Source: Glaucostegus cemiculus (lineage: Eukaryota). From it: a DNA stretch of 64,000 nt. Shown here piece after piece: positions 14,200-27,364 of this stretch (the first letter of the stretch is position 1; the number at the start of each line of letters is the position of its first letter). The position numbers were made by a program, and so were the translations under genes. The stretch spans positions 21,390,001 to 21,454,000 of the forward strand of contig CDPCPM010000007.1 in the NCBI GenBank assembly GCA_976551045.1, in the 5' to 3' direction. The notes under the pieces were generated by a model, which made no database searches, was not told the DNA's origin, and saw nothing but the letters and a program-made list of their open reading frames with translations.

Positions 14200-14570
14200 A
14201 TGGTTATTATTAGATGGTAAATGAATGACCACAGGTCAGTAAAACTTGAAAATGCTAAAAGCAGCTTGCAATTTAGTGAGAGGACAGCTCCAGGTTAGAA
14301 AAATGGATTGGACTTGTTGGACTAAGATGACAAAACATTTCCTTACTCAGGGCTTGTGGATCTTTTAAAGTCTCTACCCTCACATGGAATGGATGATAAA
14401 TCACTTGGCGTTTTCAAAGGATAGATAAGTAGAGTTTCTTTAGTGCCCAATCATGGGATAACTGTGTGAAAGTGAAGTTGAGGTATAGAACTGGCCATGA
14501 TCTAACTGAATGTAGAGCAGCCACAAGGGACTGTGTAGCCTATTCTTGTAACTAGTAGATAGGTTCTTAC
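14200..14570 (+). mobile_element. Highly degenerate CR1 3' fragment
   Basis: ttccttactcagggcttgtggatctttt...ctggccatgatctaactgaatgtagagcag...agggactgtgtagcctattctt. Confidence 0.5.
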
Positions 14571-15669
14571 CTTCATAAATAATGGGAAAGTCCTAGGATG
14601 TAGAGGACTAGGTTGGAAGAATCTGTGACCAAATAGAAAACTGAGATTTGTGATGAAAAGAATTTGAAATAGATGAGGAGGTGGCAGGAAGGAATTGGTA
14701 TTCCAAATGAGTCAAATCATGAGACCACAGGTATCAATAAATAAGGATAATTTGTTGAGAACTATCTAGAGAGGAGTTGGGGGCGGGGGGGAACTGTGTT
14801 GTGACTGGAGTATCAGAAGTGTTGCTGAACAGTGAGAATGTAAGGATGTGTACAATTCAGGGTACAAAGCATTGCAAAGGTACAAAAAGACTAAATTTGG
14901 GTATTTTCTTAGATGAAGCCCTTTTGGCAGAAATTACAGGGGGTAATTGTCCTCTTTGTATACTTTTTCATTGGCTGTTGATCCAACATAAGGCACAGTT
15001 CTTCGTTGGAGTAGTTGGTTTTCAGTGTACATTTATATGTATGTTTAGCATATAATTTTAACAGTATTTACTTGTCATCCATTGACCAACTTTGGCCATC
15101 CAGCCACTTTGTTTGTTCTCTTGTTTTATTAGTTCTATTGTTTTAAAGTTGTATACCTGCATCTTGGTACTAGCTCTTTCTTGTATCCATATCATTTTGC
15201 ACATTAGCAATGTGGAATGTTAAGTTATGATAAGCAGGGTAACTTATTAGCTTATTTATACAGCCAGGTATTACATTTTTCACCTCAGATAATAAAGCAT
15301 TTTATTTTCCATGTTTATATTTGGTTGTTTGAAATATCCCATTGAAGGACAGGCCTTTAAAATGGTAAAAGAATTTTATATGATAGATGTAGAAAAACTT
15401 TCTTCAGATGAATCATGTGAAAAACGTAAGGATAGCAAGGGAAATAGAGCCAGGTTGGATAAAAGGAGTTGATTTAATTACTGTGAGAACAAACATGAAG
15501 GCAGAGTGATGTACTCTTGTTCCGTTATTCCTACAAAACTTAACTAATTGGGGCAATGCAAGAGCATTATTTAAAGCCAGATCTAAATGTTATAATAAAT
15601 TGTATTCACCTCCTTAATGACTGTGACTCCCCAAATAACTTATACTTCATTATTTTATTTGTTTTATAG

Positions 15670-15771
15670 TCTCTCAGGTTGCCCTATTGCTGCAGCAGAG
15701 AAACTGGCCAAATCACAGGACAAACAAAATGATCTCACAAGGCTTGGACAAAGCTCAGACCAAATGCTCAG
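15670..15771 (+). CDS. ST18: ST18 exon, end of zinc finger 2 and linker
   Basis: gttttatag|T ... CTCAG|gtagtt; (S)LSGCPIAAAEKLAKSQDKQNDLTRLGQSSDQML. Confidence 0.93.
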
Positions 15772-16599
15772 GTAGTTATATTTTTTTCCTTTTCCTTGGA
15801 GTAATCAATGCTGCCTCACACGACTCAGTCAGGAGTAAAAGCATGGTGGGTAATTTAACCTGCACTGCCTGGACAATATCTCGTGAAGTCACATCTCAAA
15901 TCCATTTGAACTAAATATCACTTGAATATCACTCCATTAATACCAAAAAAGATACAAAGCAACTAAATATATAATATTTCTCAATTGTTGAATATGGAAA
16001 CCCAATTATTCAGAATTGTTAAAAGACAGTCATATAATTCAATAATAGAACTTGAGTCAGGCAGTGTTAGATTTGTCAAAGAGAGAATGGATTAATTTAT
16101 TGATATAACCTGCAAGTGTATTTACATATATTTTGAGTCAATTCTTCAATTTGTGCACCAAACCCCTTCTCAGATTCTATAATCTGAAGAGTCTAGTTCC
16201 AGTCTGGAATATCCATTTGCAATGGGCACATTTGCAATTGGGATTCTGCCAGGTATGGACTCGAGCAGCTGAGGAGGGAGAGGTCCTGCCACCAACTCTC
16301 TCTCACTGCCAGCACGACCAGAACAATCCATGTCACCTCAGAAAAGCCCCAGAAACACACATGAAGTGCAAATGAGACAAGAATAAAGGCTTACTTGTTT
16401 TCTTCTGTGGGTTGGGTATCAGGAAATAAATTGCAAAGCGGAAGATAATTGTGGGGTGTAGCTCTGAATATGGGCCTAAAAAATTCAGGAGGAAAAAAAA
16501 ATTATCATTACCACTGCTGATCTCAGAAATTCTGCTCCTTGTTAGGTTGCAATCCAGTTGCAGTTAAAATAGAGATACTGTCACCTGCATCAGATTCTA

Positions 16600-16644
16600 A
16601 TCTGGGTGATCTGGTTTATCTGAGCGATCTGGCTTATCTGGGCA
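16600..16644. repeat. Degenerate 9-bp tandem repeat (atctgg/aNNN)x5
   Basis: atctgggtg atctggttt atctgagcg atctggctt atctgggca. Confidence 0.8.
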
Positions 16645-16926
16645 AGTATGGTAGTGTAGTGGTTAGCATAACACTATTACAGTGCCAGTGACCCGGATTC
16701 AATTCCGGCCACTGTCTGTAAGGAGTTTGTATATTCTGCCTGTTTCCTCAGGGTGCTCCAGTTTCCTCCCACATTCTGAAAATATATGGGTTAGGAAGTT
16801 GTGGGCATGCTAAGTTGATGCTGGAAGCATAGCAACGCTTGCAGGCTGCCCCCAGAACACTCTTCGCAAAAGATGCATTTCACGGTGTGTTTCGATGCAC
16901 ATGTGACTAATGAAGGTATCTTATCA
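16641..16926 (+). mobile_element. tRNA-derived SINE (V-SINE-like)
   Basis: tRNA-like head with A box (gtagtgtagtggtt) and B box (ggattcaattcc), core tgctccagtttcctcccacattc, short-repeat tail atcttatc. Confidence 0.85.
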
Positions 16927-17446
16927 TAGATTTCACATTAGTCTCATAATGAGGTGTCAATTAACATTCAGTTCAAAGCTTGCCAGCATTAGGGCATCAA
17001 TACTGCCTTTAGTTTTTCAACCAACAGGCCTTTCATATTCTGCAGAGTGACAGTTCATCTTTTGCATATTCTGACTATCCAGCCCAGTCAGTTACCCTTA
17101 TATTGACGGTACTGGTAAGGGCAAGTGTGTTACCATATTCTCTTGTGTCATATGTGGCTGTCAGTCAAGGTGGACTAGCAGGTTATGCCTATCCAGAATT
17201 TCATACAAAAGATTAGAATAAAAATTCCTGTTTTGAATAGTTTTCACGTTTTGGCTTATCATGGACAAAATATAAAGACGATTTTTGTTGCTCCAGTGTG
17301 CCACCTGGTGGAATAATTAAGGAGTGACACTGAGAACAGCTGAGAAGGACTGGAGTGCCTTGCTGAAGAATCTGCAGTTTACATAGGCAGGAGAGGAAAT
17401 AAACAAATAAATAAATTGGTTTATGGCTTTTCTGTCCTTTCCATAG

Positions 17447-17655
17447 GCCAATGTGTCTGGTGAAACAAATGGAGATTACACAGTTGAGCTATGGATCATC
17501 ACAGCCGATCAGCACATGCCATAGCAACATATCTAAAGAGCTGGACAAATATACAAAGGCTCCATTTGATTATGCCAGCTTCGATGCACAAGTATTCGGG
17601 AAACACACAGTAACATCAAAGGTGCAAGAATGGGAAACTGTTCAATTATGTGAAT
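17447..17655 (+). CDS. ST18: ST18 exon, MYT1 domain
   Basis: ccatag|G ... GAAT|gtaagt; (R)PMCLVKQME...SKELDKYTKAPFDYASFDAQVFGK...CE. Confidence 0.93.
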
Positions 17656-17924
17656 GTAAGTATCGAAAAACAAGATGATGATAGTAAAGAATAACAATGG
17701 AACGTTAGAAAACAGATATCATTAATGGATAACAGAGCTAAACATTTTCCCTTGTTTCCCAGAGTAACTCTAGCAGGACATGCATAGAAATTTGTGGAAA
17801 ACTATAGCAGCCTCTTATTATTGTTCTGGGAGATTAATCAATGCTTTGTAAGACTTGGTCTTCCAACATAATCCCCTCTCACCCACTACCACCAGCTAAG
17901 TGAACAGTAGGGAATGGAAGGTTG

Positions 17925-18355
17925 AGTAGGATAGGTTGAGTGAGCTAGGGCTTTTCTCTTTGGAGAGAAGAAGGAGGATGAGTGGTGATTTGATAGAGGT
18001 GTACAAGATGATAAGAGACATAGATCAAGTGGACAGTCAGAGACTTTTTCTCAGGACGACAATGGCTAACACGAGGGGACATAATTTTAAGGTGATTGGA
18101 GGAAGGAAAAAGGGGGATGTCAGGGGTAAGTTTTTTAAGACAGAGAGTGGTGGGTGCATGGAACGCACTGCCTGCAGAGGTTGTGGGGGCAGATATATTA
18201 GGGACATTTAAGAGACTCTTAGATAGATACATGAATGATAGAGAAATGGGGGGCTAAGTGGGAGGGAAGGGTTAGATAGATATTAGAGCAGGATAAAATG
18301 TCGGCACAACATTGTGGGCTGAAGGGCCTGTACTGTGCTATAGTGTTCTATGTTT
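17925..18355 (+). mobile_element. CR1-type LINE 3' fragment
   Basis: ORF LGLFSLERRRRMSGDLIEVYKMIRDIDQVDSQRLF...NTRGHNFKVIGG; tail gaagggcctgtactgtgctatagtgttctatgtt. Confidence 0.9.
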
Positions 18356-18866
18356 TAGGAATCAGGTGCAGGAAGTCCCTAATCCTCCCACCTCAGGGGC
18401 CCAGGTCAGGCAAGCATTCTGCTCATCCAAAAAACCCAACAATTCTGTGAATCAGCCCCTTGCTCATGATCTAATGGATCCATTGGCTTCTCATTGTCAG
18501 GGAGAATGTGGCCATCGTGCTGAAGACTAAAGTGGAGCTTACCCATTGATTGCAAAGTTGAATAGGATTAGTTCTGGGGTCATAACCCTAAGAGATTTTG
18601 TCAGTTACGCTCAATACAACTGCATTACTTCAAATCGAAATTTAAAGTATAGATACTTCTAATCACATTCTCTTGTGTTTCTCCTCACCTTTTCCCATCT
18701 ATTTTAACAATTCTACTTTTGCTTGACTTACAACTAATATCCTTGTACCTATTATTTCAATCAAACAAGGAAAGTGGTTTAAAAGTTGGGAAATCGATTG
18801 AATTGTACAATGCAGTAAAGTTACTGCACAAATGTTAATATAAATTTCACCTGTATCTATTGCCAG

Positions 18867-19069
18867 CCAAACAGTTTACAAGTCCAGTGACTTCTTCCAG
18901 CCGACTGCCTAGAGCTTCTGTTCAAAGTCCATGTCATTCCAGTGTCTACACTTATACTCATGATGCAGAAGCCACTCATATAGCAGCTGCAGCTATCCTT
19001 AACCTATCCACACGCTGTAGAGAGATGCCACAGAACCTCTCTACAAAGCCACAGGACTTGTCAGCTAAG
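18867..19069 (+). CDS. ST18: ST18 exon, MYT1 domain
   Basis: ttgccag|CC ... AAG|gtgaga; (S)KQFTSPV...[32 protein letters not shown]. Confidence 0.93.
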
Positions 19070-19764
19070 GTGAGACAATTCATGTAAAACTGTGGGTTGC
19101 ACTCAAGATTACAATGAAATATGTAAGCTGAGAAAATGTTTGATTAGGTAATGAACTCCAAATGCTATAATTATTCTCATATACCGATTTCTTCATTTAT
19201 ACATATTGAACTGACATGATTCATTTGAGCTGTTGGATTGTCCAGCGAAATAAACAGCAACTCAAGTTCAAGCAGGATTATGAGAAAATAAACTGGAACC
19301 TTAAAATGCAACCCTTATTGAAAATACACTTATAAAATATACTTAGAAAATGCCTTACAAATCTCATGAGTTATCTTTGGTTCATTAGCTGTGCATTTTT
19401 CTACGCAAAAAGTATAAAGGTTTTGAGACGTAATGGTTCATCCTGGGGAGGGAAGAATATCAGACCACATTGTATGTGGAAAGGCTGAAATTTCTCAAAC
19501 TGGATGTCTTGGTTAATTTATTGAAAGAATCCTTGACACGTTTATACAACATATCATTCTCACCACTTTTATTTTAAATGGTTTAATGTTTCCAACTGCA
19601 ACATGCCTAATTCATTTAATACCACTTAATAAAAACTGCCAGACTAGCATATGAATTTTGAAGTATTAATTTCTAATCATGCCAACACTCACTTTCCAGC
19701 CCTTGAGATTAATTCCGTTATCTTTAAGGATGAATAAAAATGATGTTCAACATAATGTCCAACA

Positions 19765-20005
19765 TAGAGGTGGTACAATGGCACAGTTAGTAAAGCTGCT
19801 ACCCCACAGTATCCTGACCTCTACTGCAGGAGTTTGCATGTTCTCCTTTCCTCCAGGTACTCTGGTTTCCTGCCACATCCTGAAGATGTGCAGACTTTTG
19901 GTTAGTCTGTAGGTGAATGATAGGATCTGGAAGGGACTTGATAGGATTGTAGGGAGAATAAAATGGAATTAGTGTAAATGTATTTTTGCTCATTGGCATG
20001 ACTCA
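19765..20005 (+). mobile_element. Degenerate V-SINE
   Basis: ggtggtacaatggcacagttagtaaagctgct head; ggagtttgcatgttctcc...ctctggtttcctgccacatcc core. Confidence 0.7.
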
Positions 20006-22669
20006 GTTACAATTCTGTCTTCCTTGATAGAATTTATAAAGTTGGATTATTATACATGATCTATGAAAAGGCAAGGCTTCTAGGCTTACAGTTTGGTTGG
20101 CACCTGTATAGCCATGTTAAGCAGTCACTGCTGCTGATTGTTTGTTGACCTGTTGCTTCAAAATTTAGAACGTGCAGGGCCTTGGCCTCACAAGCAAGGG
20201 AATCAACCAATATGGAGCACATAAAGGAAGTTAGGCAAGTCCAGCACTGGATCCTTGAAGTCACAATAGAGGTGGGAGTCGGATCGTGGACTGGGCCAGC
20301 ATTTAGGGTAAGGGTCAGTTTCTGGGTTCATGAGATGATGGGAAGAGGTAGTGGATTCAGGGAGTGGGAACAGTCAAGTAGCAGAGTGAGCAACATCTAT
20401 CGAGAGTTAGGAGCATTGATCATGGGGATAGAAGTAATTGAGTTGAAGGTGTGTTGGTCCACCCCATGGTTGGTAGTTGAGGAAGGGTGCAGTTATTGGT
20501 CAGGAGTCAAGTTGATAGAGAATGCCATCATTATTAGAGGGTGGGATGATTGAGTCAGGGTTTCAATCACTGGTCTTGGGTGGGCATGGTAATCAGGGAG
20601 GATTATTGGTCAGTGGGGGAGTGGTTGGTGGTTGTAGGATTTGGGAGAATATTGTGGCAGAATGGGCAGCATAATGGTTAATGGTTAGGAGGTCAGTCAA
20701 GGTCTTTTGTAGGAGTAGAGGTTTCTATATTAGGGCATGGGACTATGAGATCCAGTTTCTAGTCATAAGTTTTATTTATGCATTGCTGTGTTCAAATCAT
20801 TTCAAAATACATCATTTGGTTACTTGCATGACATTAATGCGATAAAAGTACTGCACAGCTTTTCCAACTCCCCTCCCTTCTCTTAAAATGTTATTCAGAA
20901 CAGTCTATTAAGACATTTCTCTCTTAATAAGAACATTTCCATCTAGTGAGGAAAGCAACAAAGCATAAAATCAGGGCTACACAAGACATACACCCTCTGC
21001 TACTCTCACTTAAATCTTCAGTCTTGAACACTCAACTTTGAACAGTGCAAAGACCTCAGGAGTGAAGAGTGCACTGATGTGAAATTGATACTTGAAACTA
21101 GCAGAAGATGTGTGCTGGATAATCAACATCCGGCTTTATATTTTAGCCAGTTTTCTTTCCCGTTGACATTAATGACATCAAAAAGCAGAAGTCTTGTAAA
21201 AAGTTCTGATTTGCTTTATTGATAAAGACCATGCAAATGTCTCACATGGCTTGTGTAATGATAGGAGTGTAGAGAGGAGAGGTGAATGGATGGCTTTAAA
21301 AATTATCATGCAGGTATGTGCGATTCCATGATAATACTAGGAAGATAAGCTAAACAAATTAATTCAGCAAAAAGTATTACAGACTTTATCTGTCATATCA
21401 AATATAGATGTAATCCAGTGCCTTTGGTTGATGACCAACTCTTCCTAAAGGCTATTTGTTACATGTAAGGTACAGACAAATCCAAGGAACCTTGAATGTC
21501 AAGGGATATCAAGAATTGGATATGGGAATAAAGGGAAGCATATGGCAGATATAAATAACTGCAAACAGAAGAGGACTTTCAGGAGTAAAGTACGGTTGGG
21601 GGGGGAGAGTGGGCAGTAGTTGAAAAAGAAATTGGGAGGGCAGAGAATTTTAAAGTTATATCAAGGGCAAGAGGGTAACCGTAGAGAGACTAGGGATCAT
21701 TTGGGACCAAAAAGGCAAATTTTTTTGTGAAACTAAAGAACATAAGTGAGGTAGTAAGTGAATACCTTTCATCTGCATTCAGAAAAGAGATGGACATTCC
21801 CCTTTGTGAATACAGAGAAAAATTCAGGGAGAAGGTTGATGAAATTCTAGAACATGTCATTAAAAAAGAGGACGTATGAGATGTCTTAGCAGGATTAAAG
21901 GTGAATAAATCCCCAGGGCCTGATGAGGTATATCCCAGGCTGCGATGGAAGGCAAGAGAGGATTGCTGGGCCCCCAAAAGAGATTTTTAAATCTTCAAAA
22001 TGATGTATTTTGTAATGATGTGAACACATAACACAGCACTGCATGAGTAAAACATAGGGCAGAAAACTGGAGCACATAGTGCCATACCCCAAAGTAGCAA
22101 CCTCTACTCCTACAGACACCCTTGCCTGATCTCCCTATCACAGATGAGTTTCCAAATGATTAGAGAACTACAAATGTGGTATCTTATTCCAGGAAGGCAG
22201 CAGGGATAACCTGGGTAATTACAGACCTATGAGTCCAACATCAGTAGTAGGGAATTTATTTGAAAAAATTGCTGTGGTACAAGATTAATGTGTATTCGGA
22301 AAGGCGTGGATTAATTGAAGATAGTCAGAATGGTTTTGATTGGGGGAGATCCTGTCTGACTAATTTGACTGAATTCTTTGAGGAGATCACAAAATGTATT
22401 GATATGAGCAGTGCAGATGATGTAGTCTGCTAAGACTTCAGGAAAGTCTTTGACATGATCCCACATGGGAGAATGGTCCAAAAGGTAATTGGTAATAGAT
22501 GGCAGAAGGTGATGGTAGAGGATTGGTTTTGTGATTGGAAGCCTGTGACAGGGATCAATTCTGGGATCCTACTGTTTGTTATATATATTATCAATTTGGA
22601 TATGAATGTAGAAAGTTTAATTGGCAAGTTTGCAGACGACACAAAAATCTGCAGTGTTGTTGATAGAAG

Positions 22670-22978
22670 GATAGATAAGATATTTATTTATCAGTCACAC
22701 GTACATTAAAACATGCATTGAAATGTGGAAATGCATTTTTTTGCATTACTGAGAATGTGCTGGGGCAGTCTGCAAGTGTCGCCACTTTTCCGGTGCCAAC
22801 AGGCCCACAGCTCCTAACCCGTACGTCTTTGGAATGTGGGAGGAAACTGGAGCACCTGGAGGAAACCCACACAAACACAGGGAGAATGTACAAACTCCTT
22901 ACAGACAGCGGCAAAACCGAACCCAGGTCACTGGCACTGTAATAGCATTACGCCAACTGCTACAACTACCGTGCCGCC
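22670..22978 (-). mobile_element. tRNA-derived SINE inserted in CR1 (same family as 16641)
   Basis: Reverse complement of the 16641 element: ggaggaaactggagcacctggaggaaaccc...caaactccttacagacagcgg...taccgtgccgcc. Confidence 0.88.
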
Positions 22979-23095
22979 TATACTCGTCCCAGGCTGTAGA
23001 ATGATATTGATCAGTTGCTATGATGAGCAAGCAATGGCAGGTAGAATTTAATCCTATAAGTGTGAGGTGATGCACTTTGGGAGGACTAATTAGTA

Positions 23096-23983
23096 CAGGT
23101 GAGTGCCTCCACACACCTTCCCCTCCCCCACCCCCAGTGTTACAGCCGTTCAGGTTATGGATATCTGCCCTGACAGAATTCACAAATCGCCACCCAAAAT
23201 TTTGAGATATGGAATAAAATTCGCTCTTACAGATGTAGAAAAATTTATATAAATAAACACAAAGAAAAGAAACAGCAATTTTTGTCCAAGGACATGTGAA
23301 CAGATGCCTCTGTGTGCAGCACCACCACACACATCATCTGTGGAGCATTTTCCCTGCATTGTGGGGAGCTGCAGTAGCCATGGCGAGTTCCTTAAAGTAA
23401 TCCCTTGGCTTTTACTCCACTTCCACTAAGTCACCGCACTTTAACCCATTACCCCCTCAATCTCCTTCTACGACTACCTTTCTGCCATGAAGCTCAATCC
23501 TCTAATCCCATCCCTTTCCCTGGTATCCTAACTTCCAATACCCTTTACTATTCTACAAGCCTTGTGTGGCAGAGAAAATGCCTCACTGATGAAGGGCGTG
23601 GCAGCGCTGCACTCTGAGACGTCTGTTCACAAGTCTTCAGACAGGAGAGGATTTGGCAAAGGGGGGAGACCTGGCTGTGACTGCCAACCCAATTGACATG
23701 GTGACATCATATCCAAATGTCATTGCCCCACAGTATTGCATGACTAAAAATAAAAACTGACAAAATTTGTTTCTTTTATACGAGCCATGTTCATCCCCTA
23801 AGTGTAATATTGGCATCACCTGTTAAATAACAGCAGTGGGTCACTTTGTCATCACTGACAAAATGGCTTAATGTGAGAGAAAAGTATCCCTTAGGAACTC
23901 ATCTCTGTTTATGACACGAGATTCAATGCTACAGAAAATCACATTACTGACAGTTTTCTAGGAACATAAGGCAGCGGTGCCTG
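23096..23983. mobile_element. Non-autonomous Tc1/mariner (Tigger/pogo-like) DNA element inserted in CR1
   Basis: Flanked TA|CAGG ... CCTG|TA (TA target duplication at 23094-95 and 23984-85), degenerate TIRs; CR1 sequence resumes on both sides. Confidence 0.6.
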
Positions 23984-25562
23984 TATAAGGCATACCCAAT
24001 GAAATGGGAGGGTCTTAGGGAGTGTTGAGGAACAGATGAACCTTAGTGTAAAAGTCCAAGGATCCCTGAAGATGGCAACACAGGTCAATAAGGTGGTGAA
24101 GAAGGCATGTGGCATACTGGCTGAGGTATAGAATTTAAGACCATGAGGTTATGAAACAATTTTCTAAATCACTGGTTATACCACAGTTGGAGTACTGTGT
24201 ACAGTTCTGGTAACCACACTATAGGAAGTATGTAATTGCATTGAAGAGCATGCAGAGGAGATTCACCAGTATGTTGCCTGAGATGGAGCATTTCAGTTAT
24301 GAGGCTGAGTTTATTTTCCCTGGATCAGAAGAAGCTGGGAGTGTGGGTGCAAACAGTAATTTACAAGTTTAGATGACATCCAGCAAAGAAACTAAGTGTA
24401 AACCATAATAACCAAGTTTCTGTTCAAATCATGCTTTGAAAACCGAAAGCAAATCTTTTTATCAATCCTTAAAAATACATTTACAGTACAATGTCCATCT
24501 AATTGTAAGAACAAGACCCCAGAAGTTTATCAAATTCCTCAATGCCAGAAAATGACGGGGGACGTGGAATGGGTAGTTATTAGGTAAAGTTACCCTGTTG
24601 CAGAGGTTTCTAAAACTGGACACCAAAGGCTTAGGGTGGGCAGAGGCGGGGGTGAAGGTCTAGAGGGATCTGAGGAAAAGCTTTTTCACTAAGAGGATGG
24701 TTGGAACCTGGAATGCACTGCCTGAGTGGGTGAGGAAGGCAGATATTTTCACAACACTTAATAAGTATCTGACAGGCACTGAAATTACTAAGGCATTTAA
24801 AGGCCTTGGACTAAGTGCTGGAAGTTCGGTTTGTATAGATGGGTGCTTGATGGTTGTCATGGACCTGGTGGGTCAAAGAGCCTGTTTTTGTACTAAATGA
24901 CTCTATGACTCTATATTTTTGCCACCACTGGGAGAAATTTAAGTTAGTGATGCTATTTAGATTCTTGGCAAGATATAGATCAATGTCCATCTTAATTTCT
25001 ATAATTATTTTATTAGAACACTGACTAGAATCAGGGAATTATTTTAAATGTTAATGCTTATGGAGCAAGAGACTGAATTTTGTCAGAGGACTGTTAAAGC
25101 GTCTCACACAATAACATTGCAAACAGTAATTTACAGGTTTAGATGCCATCCAGAAAAGAAACTAAGTGTAAACCATAATATCCAAGTGACTGTTCAAATC
25201 ATGCTTTGAAAACCGAAAGCAAATCTTTTTCTCAGTACTCATTTTCAATACCACTTGCATTGTAATTGTGAGATCAAGACTCCAGAAATGCCTCTATGCC
25301 AGAAATTGCTTCAAAAATAGTTACTTCTAAAGCTTTATTGAAGGATCAGAGGTTTTTTGCAAACTTTGAGCTCTGACACATCAAGTTTCCATTAAAAGTA
25401 ACATGCAAGAGCTATATCTCCACATTGCTGATTGACCTTTGAAAAGTAATCTTCAAAGTAGTGTAACCCCCTCTAATATAGTACAGTAGATCCCCTTTTA
25501 ATAGTACTGTGGATCACATACATATGTCAAATAATAATAGTTGTGGGCATCTTTTAATGCAG

Positions 25563-25799
25563 AACACAGATATAGAAGTGGATGAAAATGGAACTCTTGA
25601 CTTAAGCATGAACAAAAATAGAAACCGGGACAAAGTCACCACTCTCAGTTCTGCAGTAACCACACCAGAATCTCCCCCACCGTACCTAAACAGTATCTTG
25701 ATAACTCCTCAGTACTACCAAGCACTGTGCGAACAAGAAGGATGGGATGCACCTGTTAACTACACTAAAGCACAAATACACAAGGAAGAGGATAAAGAG
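25563..25799 (+). CDS. ST18: ST18 exon, MYT1 domain (DENGTLDLS motif)
   Basis: taatgcag|AAC ... GAG|gtaact; NTDIEVDENGTLDLSMNKNR...YYQALCEQEGWDAPVNYTK...EEDKE. Confidence 0.93.
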
Positions 25800-26744
25800 G
25801 TAACTCAAAAGTCTTTCTTTTTGATCATTTATGAAGTCTGCATAGACTTGTAATTTGCTGTTGTCAGGCACTCTGGTGTTGGTTAGTTGTTAATTTTGTT
25901 ATGGAATCATTTGCAAAAGCAAGCTCTTGTGGGGATTTTGTTATCCATTGTTTCCATTGAAGCAGTGGTAGAATAAGTCCAAGTCTGGAACGTACAGCTG
26001 CAATCCATTACTTCCAGTGTATTCATTTTCACTATTTTTCTGCAACCACAACTTTCCACTTGAATTTTAAGTTAAATTATATGATTTAAACCTTTATGTT
26101 ACAGACTAAGTTGCAGCCTGTAGGGTCAGAACTTATTGTAAGATTAGCTACTGATATTAACCATTACTTTATACAAGTTGATTAGTAGCATTAATGAGCA
26201 CACATGAAAATCTAGTTACTGTCTGATATGTATCATTCTTCTATCATCTACCCACTTTGAAGCATGTACTATTCATGATTGGTGTTAAACTGGGTTCCAT
26301 TTCATTATATAGGTTTGGAGTTTCCAACTGCTTGCACCTTCCTTGGCACAACTTCTCTGACATTACACAAATTGTAGAATTCGAGCTGCACATTACAATT
26401 GCTTCAACTAGAGTTTCAACAATCTTTTTAGCTAGTATTAAAAACTTACCACCAAAAGCAGGTTCCACCCTCAAACCTAGCAACAGCTCCAGGAAAATCA
26501 AACATGACTGGGACTTCTTGCTAATTGCATTTGATTTTTTTTCATCTTTCAACAAGGACACAAAGATTTAGCTGGATCTTTTAGGCAAGAGCAGCTAGCA
26601 GCTACTTTTGAAGATTTGAAATTGAATTAGAAAATAATTCTGTATCTTTTTTTAAAAGCTCATTATTAGTAATTTATAATAGAATTACTCATGGGGTGGA
26701 TTGATGCTGTGATTCAATAATGTGATTGATGCTGTCCCCTAACT

Positions 26745-26930
26745 GACAAAATGCCCTGCTTATTATCACACTTGTGCCCGCTGACCTACATTGGCACCAG
26801 TTCAGCAAAGCCATAGTTCTTAAATTCTCAACCCCCATAGTCTCACTTATCAGTGTTGACTTTTGTCTGATAAAGCTTCTGTGATATGGAATAAGTTATT
26901 ACATTATAGCCATGTAAAAGCAAGTAATTG
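26745..26930 (+). mobile_element. L2-like LINE fragment
   Basis: atcacacttgtgcccgctgacctacattggcaccagtt encodes ITLVPADLHW, resembling the L2 ORF2 C-terminal ITPVL..LHWLP motif. Confidence 0.5.
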
Positions 26931-27183
26931 ATGTCACTGCTCTTAAATATATTGAGAAATTCTCATTGAGGAAATTTTATTAAAGTGATTATTTTTTAAC
27001 ATATGGTCCAATAGTGCTGGTCCTTGTCAGATTTTGCAATCAATTATGTAGATTTGAGTTTGAACAGATAACACATAAAAGAAATATTCTTCCTGAATAG
27101 AGTATCAGTTTGTGTGTTGGAATGGCTGATAGCACCCATTCCAAATCTCCACCTTAATGTTATCTCATTTATTATACTTACAG

Positions 27184-27299
27184 AAAGAAGACATTGGTCC
27201 AGAGGAAGGAATGGAAGAGAGGAGATATCCTGGTGAGGTTACTATTCCTAGTCCTCAATCCAAAGTTCCAAACAAGGACTCAAAGAAGGAGCTTATTAC
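27184..27299 (+). CDS. ST18: ST18 exon, linker before finger 3
   Basis: cttacag|AAA ... ATTAC|gtaagt; [38 protein letters not shown](T). Confidence 0.92.
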
Positions 27300-27364
27300 G
27301 TAAGTTGCAGCACACAATTTATTCTCTATCTGTGCCATGCAACAAAAACTTGCACGTAAGTTAA

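Larger units (their letters stand above)
21440..24915 (+). mobile_element. Fragmented CR1 LINE ORF2 and 3' end, interrupted by three insertions
   Basis: Collinear RT remnants (KSPGPD-like, GNYRPMS, DFRKVFDMIPH, LFVIYIINLD, KFADDTKI, LEYCVQFW, WNALPEWV) ending in a (tgactcta)n tail. Confidence 0.85.

Noticed and set aside
16641-16715. tRNA gene
   Set aside because: The A/B boxes belong to a SINE head continuous with SINE body and tail; no complete cloverleaf.
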